DNA of 63,998 bases, filler included, from Octopus bimaculoides (GCF_001194135.2; 5 parts of 5 records of this genome joined end to end with filler, not necessarily neighbours in it); one strand, 5' to 3'. Shown: positions 1-14,778, counted from the whole stretch's first letter. Notes: generated by a model from the letters alone, not told the origin. Program-made: numbers and translations.

Positions 1-214
1 TACTAGTATAACGCTCGAGAATTCAAATAGTCTCTAACGTTCGAGCCTACGCCTTTCCACAGAAAGGAACACAGAAAGAAACAAGCAGAGAAATATGTAT
101 ATATATATTATTTCGTCAGTCATTATGCCTCTGATTTCAAACTCCGCCAAGGATTAGAGTACCTACAGAATTTAAAAATATTAGTCTCTAGACACAAATC
201 CCGAAAGTTTTTTT

Positions 215-393
215 GTGGAGGGGCTGGTCGATTATGTCGACCCTCCAGTACGCAACTGGTACTTAATTTATCAACCGAGAAAGGAGTAAAGGCAAAGTCG
301 ACCACGGCGGAATTTGAACTCAGTACATAAAAACAAACGAAATACCGCTAAGCATTTTGCCCGGCGTGGTAACTTTTCTGCCAGCTCGCCGCC
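215..393 (-). mobile_element. SINE family C (GGCGGCGAGCTGGCAGAA head)
   Basis: GAGTTCAAATTCCGCC B-box-like motif. Further copies or fragments lie near 425, 1090, 3590, 54570, 56820, 58849, 59400, 59700 and 61150. Confidence 0.7.
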
Positions 394-1990
394 ATACTTA
401 TAGAATTTAATATTACGAAAGTGTAGGCGGCGAGCAGGCAGAACCATTACCACGCTGGTCAAAATGTTTAGTGGCATTTCGTCCGTCATTGCGTTCTGAT
501 TTCAAGTTTAACTTTGCCTTTCGTCAATTTGGGGTCGATAAAGCAGGTAACAGTTGAGCACTGGCGTTGATGTAATCGACTTACTCCCTACTCTAGAATT
601 GTTGGCAGAATTGTTGCAATAGCGAGCAACTAAGGCTTAGGTTGCATTTCGTTGGTCGTTTCTTTTTGATTTCAAATTCCGTCGATGTGCTCCTGGCCAT
701 TTGCCATTTCAGCGTTCGGCGGGGTCGAGTTTGCTCATCACTGACTTTGCTTGCACGTCATCGTTTCAGGGTCAATAAATTAAGTACCAGTTGAAATCGT
801 GGGTCAGTATAATCAATTTACTTCCTTCCATGAAATTACTGTCTTTTTACCGAAATCTTAAATCAGTATTAGCTAATACATATAGGAGATCGTTTTTAAA
901 TGTATCCATGCCGCTAAGCATTGAGGTCTTCGACGTATTATTTAAGTAATTGTGGAGAGACGTTAATCAAGAATCAACTCTACTTATATGACCCTACTGC
1001 AGAGAGTTAAAACTAAATAAGTTTGTTGGAAAAAGGGTTACACAGAATTTAAAAATATTAGTCTCTAGACACAAATCCCGAAAGTTTTTTGTGGAGGGGG
1101 CTGGTCGATTATGTCGACCCTCCAGTACGCAACTGGTACTTAATTTATCAACCGAGAAAGGAGTAAAGGCAAAGTCGACCACGGCGGAATTTGAACTCAG
1201 TACGTAAAAACAAACGAAATAGCGCTAAGCATTTTGCCCGGCGTGCTAACTTTTCTGCCAGCTCGCCGCCATGAAAGTACAAGATAATTTTCAGTGTTAG
1301 AACGTATTTAAAAAGATTTTGATATTGATTGAGAAATAATATCTTCGAGAGGATCAGATATTCATCGATATATGCATCATGAACTCAGAAAATAGGCTAA
1401 TCTCTAATAAATATGAAAATTGTTTTTGAATTATCAGAGGAGGTTATTACAATTATTTTTTACGGCATTTGGTGTCATGCATGAATAATTGCTACGAGTT
1501 TGTAAATGGTAATCATGTTAGCATTAATATAGAGATATCTTTTATTCTGTATTCCGCCATCCGTTGAATCTTCAATTTATTTTACATTAAACAAACATAC
1601 TTTAAATTAAGCAAATAACATTTTTCTAATCTCCCAAAATATTCGATACAATTCATGCTAAACTTAATCTAATATATGATTTAAAACTAGCACCAGAAAT
1701 CTTTGAAAACGCCTTTAAAGAAAAGAAGTTCTTTATTGAAACTTGTATATGTACGTTAAACAGCTCAGCTCAGTCGATTGGTTATTCATAGGAGTGTTCA
1801 CAGTGTAACAATACAAAGTTATACCGTATACCAAACTATCATTCGTAAATGCGATAGTTTCAAGCGAATAAGGAGTTTTCTTGCGGTAGGTGACTACAAT
1901 AGTAACATAATCAGATTAATGGGATTCCACTGAAGATGCCTTATTTCACTCATCGAGAAAAATATAAATATATATATATACATTGTCATA

Positions 1991-2312
1991 TAGGCGCAGG
2001 AGTGGTACTGTGGTAAGTAGCTTGCTTACTAACCACATGGTTCCCGTTTTAGTTCCACTGCGTGGCACTTTGGGCAAGTGTCTTCTACTATAGCCTCGGG
2101 CTGACAACAGCCTTGTGAGTGGATTTGGTAGACGGAAACGTAAAGAATCCCGTCTTATATATATGTATATGTATGTATATATTTCGGCAAGAGAGGCCGA
2201 TAGAATAATTACTAGGCTTATAACGAATATGTGCTGGGGTCGATTTGCGCGACTAAAGGCGGTGCTCCAGCATCGCTGCAGTCAAATGTCTGAAACAAAT
2301 AAAAGAAAAAGA
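1991..2312 (+). mobile_element. tRNA-derived SINE family A (internally deleted copy)
   Basis: GGCGCAGGAG head, A/B-box-like motifs and GGCGGTGCTCCAGCAT..CTGAAACAA tail, shared with copies at 3076, 8400, 21931, 50185 (-) and 60535. Confidence 0.8.
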
Positions 2313-2445
2313 ATATACATGTATATATACATATTCATATACATATACATATATATAAATGTGTGTGTGTTCGTGTGTAAGTATGTATATATACACGTGA
2401 ATGTGTCAGTTGCGTGCACATATGCGTAAGTGCTTGCGTGCGTGT

Positions 2446-2523
<78 letters not shown>

Positions 2524-3075
2524 ATGTGTGTTCATGTGCGCGTGTGTGTGTGTGTTTGCGCGAGCGTGTAAACATTTTGTCTCGTTTCTTTGGAAATCAA
2601 CTGCACAATCCCCTCGACACAAAGAAATACAAGCTTTAAGCAAATACCACCCCTACGGTATTCGAAAAGGAAAACATGTTTGTGTTGGCCTGAGGAGAAA
2701 GAAACAAATTGGTTCGAGCGAAAAGTTACTCATTTTCACAACCACCACCCCCAGCACAGACACACACACACACACACTAATATAGACACACACAGCTACA
2801 AATACACGCAAATATAAATTATTGTACGTGTGTGGGTGTGGGTGTAATCATTTGTCCTACTAATACATTGTATATGCGTATGATAGAGGTCATATTAATT
2901 TCAAACTCTTTGACAAAAAGTCAACAATTTTGGGTCCGGCGTAAGGGAATCATATAGACACCCAGTTTTGAACTACCGCTTCTATTTTCGACCCCAGGAG
3001 GATGAAAAGCAACGACGAACTCAAAAATTCGAACTCAGGAGGTATTTCTTAAGAGATAATATTTATATTAACAAT

Positions 3076-3488
3076 GGCGTAGGATTGGCTGTGTGGTAAC
3101 TAGCTTGCTTACGAACCACATGGTTCCGGGTTCAGTCCCACTACGTGGCACCTTGGGCAAGTGTCTTCTACTATAGCCTTGGTCGACCAAAGCCTTGTGA
3201 GTGGATTTGGTTGACGGAAACCGAAAGAAGCCCGTCGTATACATGTAAATATGTGCGTGTGTGTGTGTGTATATGTTTGTTTGTCTGTTTCCTCCCCTCC
3301 CAAAATCGCTTGACAACCGATCCTGGTGTGTTTACGTCTCGGTAACTTAGTGGTTCGCCAAAAGCAACCGATAGAATAAGTACTAGGCTTACAAAGAATA
3401 AGTCCTGGGGTCGATTTGTTCAACTAAAGACGGTGCTACAGCATGGCCACAGTCAAATGGCTGAAACAAGTAAAAGAGAGTAAAAGAG
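3076..3488 (+). mobile_element. tRNA-derived SINE family A
   Basis: TGGCTGTGTGGTAA A-box, GGTTCAGTCCC B-box and AAAAGAG tail. Confidence 0.85.
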
Positions 3489-4250
3489 AATGTCAGTAAA
3501 ATATGTGCCAGTTATGCACTGGGGTTGATGCAATCAACTTGACCCCCTCTCCGAAATTGGTGGTATCGTGTCAAAATTCCTTATCGTTCGTTAGGCGGGG
3601 AGCAGACAGAATCATGAGCATGACGGGGAAAATGCCTAGCGGTAATTCATCCCTCTTACGTCCAAGATCTGCCATTGTCCAATCTGTCTTTCATCCTTTC
3701 GTACCATTTGAGGAAAAGGGTCAATGTAATCGACTTAGTTCCTCCACCGTTATTTCTGACCCTATGCCAAAATTCGAAACCAGTTTCGACAATGTTAATT
3801 AACACCACATCGTTTATATATGATTTCATGAGCATTAAATACAATGCAAACACAGAAATATTAAAAAGCCATCACTGGCGCGCCAGTGAATAATTATTGT
3901 CATGCAATGCTAAACGTGCGTACACACAAACAATACAGAGTTTTAAAGAAAATAAATTAAGAAGCAGTATATAGAATGAAATATTGCAAATAATGTACAA
4001 GCGGGAATCTAGCCTTTGAACATATTTTCAATGTGAAACAAGTTGTTGTGTTGAACTCCAGACTCGTATAACGAAACACCAGGGAATCAGATTCATTTTA
4101 TGTAGTTTGGTATTGGTGTCAAGAGCATTTTCTATTCTTGGCGCGGACATTATTGCAAGTTTATTATCGATAGATTTGCTTACTATTTGTTAGCTAGACT
4201 GTTTCCTTGAGCGAATCTTGCCAACTGGTGTGTACACACACGTATGTATG

Positions 4251-4281
<31 letters not shown>

Positions 4282-4394
4282 CTATGTATGTNNNNNNNNN
4301 NACATACATACGTATATACATACATACATACATCCATACATACATGCATACATACGTGACCCGTCTTTTGTTTTCTGTAAATTTGAACTACATA

Positions 4395-4429
<35 letters not shown>

Positions 4430-5300
4430 ATATACATATATATATATATATANNNNNNNNNNNNNNNNNNNNNNNNNNNNNNNNNNNNNNNNNNNNNNNN
4501 NNNNNNNNNNNNNNNNNNNNNNNNNNNNNNNNNNNNNNNNNNNNNNNNNNNNNNNNNNNNNNNNNNNNNNNNNNNNNNNNNNNNNNNNNNNNNNNNNNNN
4601 NNNNNNNNNNNNNNNNNNNNNNNNNNNNNNNNNNNNNNNNNNNNNNNNNNNNNNNNNNNNNNNNNNNNNNNNNNNNNNNNNNNNNNNNNNNNNNNNNNNN
4701 NNNNNNNNNNNNNNNNNNNNNNNNNNNNNNNNNNNNNNNNNNNNNNNNNNNNNNNNNNNNNNNNNNNNNNNNNNNNNNNNNNNNNNNNNNNNNNNNNNNN
4801 NNNNNNNNNNNNNNNNNNNNNNNNNNNNNNNNNNNNNNNNNNNNNNNNNNNNNNNNNNNNNNNNNNNNNNNNNNNNNNNNNNNNNNNNNNNNNNNNNNNN
4901 NNNNNNNNNNNNNNNNNNNNNNNNNNNNNNNNNNNNNNNNNNNNNNNNNNNNNNNNNNNNNNNNNNNNNNNNNNNNNNNNNNNNNNNNNNNNNNNNNNNN
5001 NNNNNNNNNNNNNNNNNNNNNNNNNNNNNNNNNNNNNNNNNNNNNNNNNNNNNNNNNNNNNNNNNNNNNNNNNNNNNNNNNNNNNNNNNNNNNNNNNNNN
5101 NNNNNNNNNNNNNNNNNNNNNNNNNNNNNNNNNNNNNNNNNNNNNNNNNNNNNNNNNNNNNNNNNNNNNNNNNNNNNNNNNGAAGATAAAATAAACCAGT
5201 TTGTCTTCGTCTTCGCTGCTATGTGGACATTTATTGTGGTTTAGAGTCAGGATTTGACTGTTATTTTTCAGCATGGCGGTATCTCTTAGATACCCTGTAT

Positions 5301-5335
<35 letters not shown>

Positions 5336-5685
5336 GAATATGTACATATTTTAGCCTCACTAGCTACCAGGTAGTTATCACTCCTCTCAGTAGACAGATT
5401 TGTTCTTTGTGTGGCTATAACTTTCTTTCAATCTTGTATTTAACAATCTTGATGCTACACGGCACCGTCAGTCACTATTAGTGAAATCTGAATTTTACTC
5501 ATTTGGCTTTGATGATGAGGGTGATGATTTCGTTAGCAACATCATACGGTTCCGCGAAAGAAGGAGCCAAAGATCACTGAAATCCAAGGCACAGAACCAG
5601 CTGAGCACCTGGCTGGAGTCCGTCTCGAAGTAGGTTCTGACTGAAGTTACCTATCTATCTATCTATCTATATATCTATCTATATA

Positions 5686-5716
<31 letters not shown>

Positions 5717-5780
5717 ATCTATCTATATATCTATCTATCTATCTGTTTATCTGTCTCCTCTTTCCCTCTCTGTTTCTCTC

Positions 5781-5885
<105 letters not shown>

Positions 5886-7119
5886 GTGTGTGTTTGATGG
5901 ATGGATGCATGCTTGTGCGTATAGTAAGGATTGTGCGGTTGTGTATGTATGTGTAATTACTTGTTTAAGTAGATCCATTTATATATACATAAAACGTGAT
6001 GAAACGGGTTCTCTAAGAAAAGCACTCACCGGCAGTTCAAGAATCGATCCTATGATGCTGTTTACGTTCCTAAGTATGTAAATAGGTTTGTATTTGCGCA
6101 TGTGTGTATATGTATAGATATATATATGGAAATATGTATTCCAGTGTATGTCTGTGTATTCAATACTTTTGAAGCAAATGTTACCATTCCCCAATCAGAA
6201 GCAGGTGTAGACCCTCAAGGAATGATCCCCCCACGGTGTTCCGGTATTCATAAAGTAAATACATTTACAGAAACTCGAAATTAAAGAAGATATTCGGATG
6301 CACGTGTCTATATATATATATATATATNNNNNNNNNNNNNNNNNNNNNNNNNNNNNNNNNNNNNNNNNNNNNNNNNNNNNNNNNNNNNNNNNNNNNNNNN
6401 NNNNNNNNNNNNNNNNNNNNNNNNNNNNNNNNNNNNNNNNNNNNNNNNNNNNNNNNNNNNNNNNNNNNNNNNNNNNNNNNNNNNNNNNNNNNNNNNNATA
6501 TATAAACATATACATGTGGGTGTATATATATATATAGAGATAGATAGATAGATAGATACATACATACATACATACATACATACAGAAATATCTGCTAAAC
6601 TCACGACGGGACATCTTGTATGAATCTGTTATATAGATAAACATCACATTAACATAAGAGATAAACTCTTCTCTCAAGCGAGGCAGAATAAATATTGTTA
6701 GAAACTGAAGTACACACACAAACGTGTATGACAATGAAAGCTTACCCTTCCCTCAACGAGACCGACGGGCAATATTTTGAATTCTATGTACACCGAAATT
6801 TATAAGTATACGGTGTTTGCTGATGATAAAGCTAATATTCTGTACTGCTAATTTGAAATCTCTCTATCTACTCCCTTCGCAATGCGTGCAATATATATAT
6901 GAATAAATCTATAAAATAAAGCGTAAACTCGTATATGTAAATATATATACATACGCTCAACGTAATACTAGAAATATAAAAAAAAACTTTAATCGTCACT
7001 AAATGTGACTGAGGGTGCTGAAGCGCCTACAATGCTAGAAATAAGAGTAAAAAACTTAACGTTGTAACGAACCGTACATGGCGGCAACAGAATCACTAGA
7101 TTAGTTGTGCCTGTTTTGT

Positions 7120-7733
7120 AGGCATCATCAATAGTGACTACTAAAAATATCGATATTGACGAACGTTCTAATACACCCGCAACCTGCAGAACGGAGAAGA
7201 CATCATATAAATGTGCATGCAGCTGTGAGGGAAATCGTCGAATCACCATCCGTGTGTTATCAGAGGATGTGCAGACCTGTTACGTCTCAGTTCAGTTCAT
7301 TCTCAATGAAGACTTTTGTATGAGACACGTGCTTGCCAATGTTGTGGCCAAACTGCTTTCAGCTGACCAAAAGGACACTCGGGTTTCAGTTGAACAGGAT
7401 TTCATTGATTTCGTCGAGAACGATGATAACTTTTTGAAAACTCTGTGTAGGCGTCTGAAGATGTATTGCCAAGCTTTTAGCAAAATTTGATGCATACTTT
7501 TTGTTTAGCTTTCTCTGTTATTGTCACTGCAAAGATCATAGTCTACACACCTTTATTCTACACACCTTTATTCTAGGCACTTATTGCAAACAGCAAAAGT
7601 GAGCTATAACGCTAAAACGTAGTGCACATGCACAATAGATTTCAGGGTCAATCGCTGCCTATAGACTTTGCTCTGTGTGCCTTACCTTCGTAGCTATGGC
7701 AAAATACCAGATACTTATTGATCAGACCACGTA
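7120..7733 (-). mobile_element. Rearranged mariner relic: 5' TIR and N-terminus on -, inverted middle transposase segment on +
   Basis: The minus strand from 7733 reads TA-CGTGGTCTGATCAATAAG then TEK..KVCIKFC*KLG..SDAY. Plus strand ~7140-7445 encodes KNIDIDERS..NRRITIR.LSEDVQ..KLLSADQKDTRVSV..ENDDNFLKTL, the mariner HTH/WVP-linker region. Confidence 0.8.
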
Positions 7734-8339
7734 TACAGAAATGGATTTAAACGTATCCGTCTCACAGGCTTTCACTCTCTCATTTAATATTTATATGTTT
7801 GTATGCGTCTATGCAAATATGTAAGTATGCATGTATATATTTGCAAACTCACAACGGTAAATAAGCTTGACATGTGAAACACTTGATTCTTAGTTAAAAA
7901 TTGAATGTTTATTTATGAGGTGGTAATTCGCTTAGCTTACCTTTTAAGTATACGTGCGTAAATAAATAAAAAACACTTTGAAGCTCCCATCGTAACTTAA
8001 AAGAGAAATTGATGGGCGAGCGGAGTTTAACATGATGTGAGTTAATAAATTTACTTTTAAAATGTAGACTGTAATAATTAATGGAGCTCTTGGGCAACAA
8101 TCTATAGAATAAAATTCATATCAGCCTCGTCATCTGTCTGGAAGAATAGAAAACAATAGATGTTAGCATACATATTGCAGAAAATTTTACTTATATGGAC
8201 ACCGTATATAAAGAAATATTGGTCAAAACTTATTTTTAAGAACTCGTATGTGTAAGAAATGCCCACACAAGAAGAGTGTAAAGTAAGCGCTCATATTCGC
8301 TTCTATGCGAATATTCAAGTACATGCATCCCAAATATCC

Positions 8340-8406
<67 letters not shown>

Positions 8407-9513
8407 TGTTTTTTGTTCCACCAACACCGCTTGACAACTGAGGCTGGTATGTTTAAGTACTCGTAACTTAGCGGTTCGGCAAGAGATTCCCATAGAATAA
8501 GTACTAGGCTTACAAAGAATACGTCCTGGGGTCGATTTGCTCAACTAAAGGCGGTGCTTCAGCATGGCTGCCATCGAATTACTGAAACAAGTAAAAGAAT
8601 AAAAGAACACACACAAGCCTGTATCTTTACATTATGTAAACTTAATTCCGGTAGTAATAGCGAATATTTTTTTTAACCTTTAATAATTTTAAAGACAAAA
8701 ATCCTAATTTGCACCGTACTCAACGAGATGTGAAATGATAATTTGCTTATTTATTTTTCATAGGTCCCGGAAGTTTCGAATGCAAAATACGCTAGTCTCT
8801 TCTGTGCCTGTCATAGGAGAACAGTATCATCCCGTTCAAGACACACTTGGGTAATCAGCGTTACATCTTAGATACCACTGCTTCGACATGTTTTGTTATT
8901 CAAGTCAAAACTACCTGGACCCTCTGTTTCTTAGAAAGAAACTAGCATATTTTGTGTTCGATTCTTCTGGAAAATATTGAGGTTACATATGCAAATACTC
9001 ATTCAGATTTCGCGATACAAAGTGTAAATAACGATCCTATCTCATTTGGCATATATAAGCACAATCGAAATTTTAATTTCTTCGCTTAAAATATATATCT
9101 TAATAAATTTCTCCGCTCAAATTATATAGTGTTCAGATCCATAGGATAGCGTTTTTATGATCGAGAAGACAAAACATGTCGAAACACTGGTGTCACGAAA
9201 TCATTTACACCAGTAAACCGTATGTTATATGAACTTACTATCGCCTTTATATGTAGGTTTTTTCTTGTGATATATATATAACAACGACAGGCATGTTTTT
9301 CTTTGTAATCTGACGCAACGTATTATTAAGAATGAATGTAGAAGGCATCATCACAGGAAAATCTTTCCTAAAATATTCTGACAATATTAAGTATTCTTAG
9401 CAAACATTTTACAGCTAATGAAATTCATAACACGTTTACTTTGTCATTTACATTGTCATTTCAACGTATTTTATATACATATGTATGCGTGTAAGTGTGT
9501 GCAAGAGAGAGAG

Positions 9514-9645
<132 letters not shown>

Positions 9646-11649
9646 AAGTGAGTGTCAGAAATAAAACGGATTAATAAATCCAGGTCGGTATCTCGAAAAC
9701 AGTGTTAAATGAACTCGTTTGACTATACGAAGTGAGTGAGTAACAGAGAATAAAACTGGAAATTGATAGAGAGGCAATAAGCTCAGATTAATATTTTGGC
9801 AGTGAATTTTACGTAGTAGAATGTGTTTAACTATCAGAACATATTATTTGGAATTAGTCGCGACAAAAGCGTAAATGATTAACATCAACTTAAATAGACT
9901 TAACCAGCTGATTAATGATGATAATTATTTTGAATGTAGCCAGAACTGAAAAATCCATGATATGCAATTTCTACTTCAACAGTAGTAAATGGAACTTAAT
10001 GTGTAGTCTCATTCATTTTGTTCAAGCAATGCATGTCAAATTCAAGAACTATTTCATACACATACACGTATATGCATTCATACGTGTGTGTGTGTGTGTA
10101 GTGTAATTACGTGAATTTAATTATATAAGCACATCCTGAATCATATATATGTAGTCGAAATTTACTGAAAAAAAAGACGAATACAGGTGTATGAACAACA
10201 AGCAGGTGTATTAGTTTCACGCTCGGGAAAGTGAGAAAGTCTTTTACGTTTCAAGCCTAAGCTCTTCAACGGAAAAGAATAAGAGAACATAAACCCAGAG
10301 AGAATAAAATGGCACTTGATTGNNNNNNNNNNNNNNNNNNNNNNNNNNNNNNNNNNNNNNNNNNNNNNNNNNNNNNNNNNNNNNNNNNNNNNNNNNNNNN
10401 NNNNNNNNNNNNNNNNNNNNNNNNNNNNNNNNNNNNNNNNNNNNNNNNNNNNNNNNNNNNNNNNNNNNNNNNNNNNNNNNNNNNNNNNNNNNNNNNNNNN
10501 NNNNNNNNNNNNNNNNNNNNNNNNNNNNNNNNNNNNNNNNNNNNNNNNNNNNNNNNNNNNNNNNNNNNNNNNNNNNNNNNNNNNNNNNNNNNNNNNNNNN
10601 NNNNNNNNNNNNNNNNNNNNNNNNNNNNNNNNNNNNNNNNNNNNNNNNNNNNNNNNNNNNNNNNNNNNNNNNNNNNNNNNNNNNNNNNNNNNNNNNNNNN
10701 NNNNNNNNNNNNNNNNNNNNNNNNNNNNNNNNNNNNNNNNNNNNNNNNNNNNNNNNNNNNNNNNNNNNNNNNNNNNNNNNNNNNNNNNNNNNNNNNNNNN
10801 NNNNNNNNNNNNNNNNNNNNNNNNNNNNNNNNNNNNNNNNNNNNNNNNNNNNNNNNNNNNNNNNNNNNNNNNNNNNNNNNNNNNNNNNNNNNNNNNNNNN
10901 NNNNNNNNNNNNNNNNNNNNNNNNNNNNNNNNNNNNNNNNNNNNNNNNNNNNNNNNNNNNNNNNNNNNNNNNNNNNNNNNNNNNNNNNNNNNNNNNNNNN
11001 NNNNNNNNNNNNNNNNNNNNNNNNNNNNNNNNNNNNNNNNNNNNNNNNNNNNNNNNNNNNNNNNNNNNNNNNNNNNNNNNNNNNNNNNNNNNNNNNNNNN
11101 NNNNNNNNNNNNNNNNNNNNNNNNNNNNNNNNNNNNNNNNNNNNNNNNNNNNNNNNNNATATATATATACATATATACAATGATTATAGATACATCGGAA
11201 ATATATATTTAAGGTATAGAAGTGATTTTTAATCTGTATTTAACCAATCAGCTTGAGTGAAAGAAAAATGCTCCGAGATTTTTGTTATACTTTGTATTCA
11301 ATTTTATGTATTGCATATATTAAAATGTGTCATCTGCTCGTGGAGCAGTGGTAATATTTAACATGCATATAAATATTCTTAGTATTCAATAGGCAATCAT
11401 GTATTTTGTTATTAGTTACACACATAGCTTGATCCTATTGACTGTGTAAATCGATAAATAGGTAGCGAAACTTCCTTCAAACTAGGAGATAAGAAAAGAA
11501 GCCAATATATACCTCTTTTTAGTTACTGCTACAGAATGGACACAGAAACCAAAATGCAGTTTCTCATTTAAACTGAAACGTGGGAATATTTTTGTAGCCG
11601 AATCGGGCGAAAAGACATACACATACACACATTTAGAGAAATGTATATT

Positions 11650-11691
<42 letters not shown>

Positions 11692-11750
11692 CAGTCCAGC
11701 CTTCGTCTATAAATAAATTACATATTTATGTAATTGTATATATACATGTG

Positions 11751-11794
<44 letters not shown>

Positions 11795-11795
<1 letters not shown>

Positions 11796-12040
11796 GCACC
11801 CTTTTAAAGCTTAGTCAGGTTCATGGGCCCGGTTTCGTGGTTTCACTGGTGCACGTGTTCCCTAGCTAGACGGGACGCCAGTCCATCGCAGCGTTACTCA
11901 TTTTTGCTAGGTCAATGGACTGGAGCAACGTGGAATGAAGTGTTTTGCTCAAGAACACAACGCGTCGCCCGGTCCAGGAATCGAAACCACAATCTTACGA
12001 TCATGATGCTGACACTCTAACCACTAAGCCACGTGCCTCC
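11795..12040 (-). mobile_element. tRNA-derived SINE family B
   Basis: Minus strand GGAGGCACGTGGCTTAGTGGTTAGAGTG..GGTTTCGATTCCTGGAC; a CpG-decayed plus-strand homologue lies at ~55570-55800. Confidence 0.75.
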
Positions 12041-12065
12041 TCACTCACACACACATACACACATG

Positions 12066-12096
<31 letters not shown>

Positions 12097-12142
12097 CATT
12101 ATATATATATAGATGTATATATATATAATTACATCTATATAT

Positions 12143-12237
<95 letters not shown>

Positions 12238-12769
12238 CACACATGTACGCATATACACATATGGGTTTATGATATATATTAGATATATTCAGCGAGGGAA
12301 AAATGAAAACGAAAAGTGAAGTGTATGTATTTAATCGGAAATTGGAATAGAGAATGAAACATAGAGAAAAGCTTAACATCAAAAATATAAAGAAACATCC
12401 TCATTTCGCATTATCCAATGTAATCATATCCTTTTTCCCATTGAGCAGAAAATATTTCTTCATCAACCGAAATTACTATAGGATATTTTTTCTTCTTTAT
12501 AAATACCACTCGATGTGCAATATAAAGAGCATAAAACTTCTGCTATGGCGCTATGGATAATGTTGCCATCAAGATATCCAAATTACAGCAGCTACCGACA
12601 TTGAAGTGCCTGGCAAAACACTTGTAGAATATAAATGAAGCAAAACATCATTTGGTTTAGTTAATTCCACTTACATCGAAAATTCTGTAATGTAAACGAA
12701 TAAATATTTGTTATTCAAAAATCGTAACGAACTTGTTCTTTATTCCGCACGCACTCTTTCCGTGCGCAC

Positions 12770-12772
12770 ACC

Positions 12773-12853
<81 letters not shown>

Positions 12854-13490
12854 CCACAAACACATAAGTCTATCTCAAACACTGACTCACGGCAATACAC
12901 ACATGCAAGAACACATGCAAGCGAACGTGCACACATACACAGGCAAACGCAGATACGCAAACAGAAATACGTACGCGTGCACACACATCCACGCACACAC
13001 AGACACATTCACACTCACACACTCATTCACATATATACAAGTACATACACGTATACAATCACACTGATACATATTCACGTATATAAAAGCACACATACAC
13101 ACGCAAACACATACTAAAACGGACACATGTGCACGTAAACAAGGAAAAACACAGAAACATACACATACATATGCATACACATGATAAAACACACACAGAA
13201 ACGCATACACACATGCACATAAGCATATTCACACACACAGAAACACGTGCATTCATACATAAATAGGTACGTACATACAGGCGGACATAGGCGTACATAC
13301 AAACAGAAATATACACACACTCACTTGAAGAAACGCACATAAACATACGTACATCATAAAGGCGTACAAATTTATACGTCACAGACATACACGCACAAAT
13401 TCATCCAAAAAAACAATCACACACATACACACGCGCGCACACACAATCAAACACACACACGCACACACACATACACACACACACACACAT
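12770..13490. repeat. Degenerate (CA)n-rich tract
   Basis: Direct inspection; source of the spurious HT/CV ORFs. Similar tracts lie at 2330-2560, 5650-5900, 9500-9650, 57140-57480 and 62930-63998. Confidence 0.95.
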
Positions 13491-13902
13491 GTGGGTGCTG
13501 TAGAATGAATCGATGAAGCTGATCATCTCTGTTGATAGTCGTTGGAGCGGAAACTTAACCAGAATCATTCTTGTGTTCTTGGAGAAATGAAATTATAATA
13601 TCGGTTATCAACTAAAATTATTTTTCTCATCGCATAGTCATTCCTGTCTTTCTCGTTTAACGTTTCGTATAATAATAGAACAAAAATGAAGCGCACGAAA
13701 TATGTGGAAATGTGTTACATTAGCGACATTGGTACCCAGATTTGAGCAAGGTTGTGTTTTAAAGAGGTTGGCTCGTCGCGAACACATCAATATTTTGTCA
13801 TCTCTTCGTTAAATAACCAAACTTTAAATATCAGATTACTTCCGATGTAATGGGAGCAACACACGGTCATATGTATGAAATGCGCCGATACACCCCCAAA
13901 CC

Positions 13903-13947
<45 letters not shown>

Positions 13948-14725
13948 NNNNNNNNNNNNNNNNNNNNNNNNNNNNNNNNNNNNNNNNNNNNNNNNNNNNN
14001 NNNNNNNNNNNNNNNNNNNNNNNNNNNNNNNNNNNNNNNNNNNNNNNTTTGTATTTTGTCCCGTCTGTGTTGAGCCCTGTGTGGCTAATAAAGAAACATA
14101 TCTATCTGTGTATCTCTCTATCCATCTATTTATCTATCTATCTATCCATACACACACAAACTTAATGTTAACTGAAGTCGAGAAGCGAGACCTTCAGTTA
14201 ATAAATGAAAAATGCATTAAATACTAAACAACGTTCACCTACGACAGACACAGAAGGACCCTAATTCTTCTTTAGTTATCGACCGAAATATTAATACTCA
14301 GTTTCATGGTTTTAACGATGACTGTGAATTTCAAATATAGGCGGCACTCGCAAAATTTGCGGAGAATTAGGGCTCGAGCAAACAAAGTCGGTACAGAGTG
14401 GACGTTCGAAAATAAACATGTGTAATTTAAAACGATTGACGAAGACGGAATAAATACGGCCTTTCGGCCAAACAGTCGGGTATAATGGGTAATGCCTGGA
14501 AGACATTTTCAATGGATATAGACAGAGAAATAGCAAGGAACGAGATAGATGTTGATCGGCATGTTAAGCGTCCAGTGGCGAAAGACAGAGGTGGAGTAAA
14601 TTAGTCACGGGTCATGTGTGTGCCATATAAAGAGGGTAAGGGGAAGGAGGATAAGAGAGAAAGAGAGAGCGCAGCAGAGAGAACAGGGAAGGAAAAAACG
14701 AGGACTACAATTATGAGTGAAAGGT

Positions 14726-14778
<53 letters not shown>

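Noticed and set aside
1926-1960. CTGAAGA-TGCCTTA as another hammerhead (similar partial motifs at 18665-18690 and 24780-24790)
   Set aside because: Only half of the motif is present in each case; they cannot be told from chance without a consensus.
3076-3150. tRNA genes at SINE heads
   Set aside because: A/B boxes only; no full cloverleaf; the sequence continues into repeated SINE bodies.
7134-7490. 118-aa ORF behind an apparent acceptor (ttttgtag), initially read as the last exon of an orphan gene
   Set aside because: The peptide is an inverted internal mariner transposase segment, and its C-terminus is the antisense of the element's N-terminus.
14312-14600. CpG-rich unique segment as an exon or promoter
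   Set aside because: No recognisable protein, paired splice sites or associated gene; the whole piece is CpG-normal.
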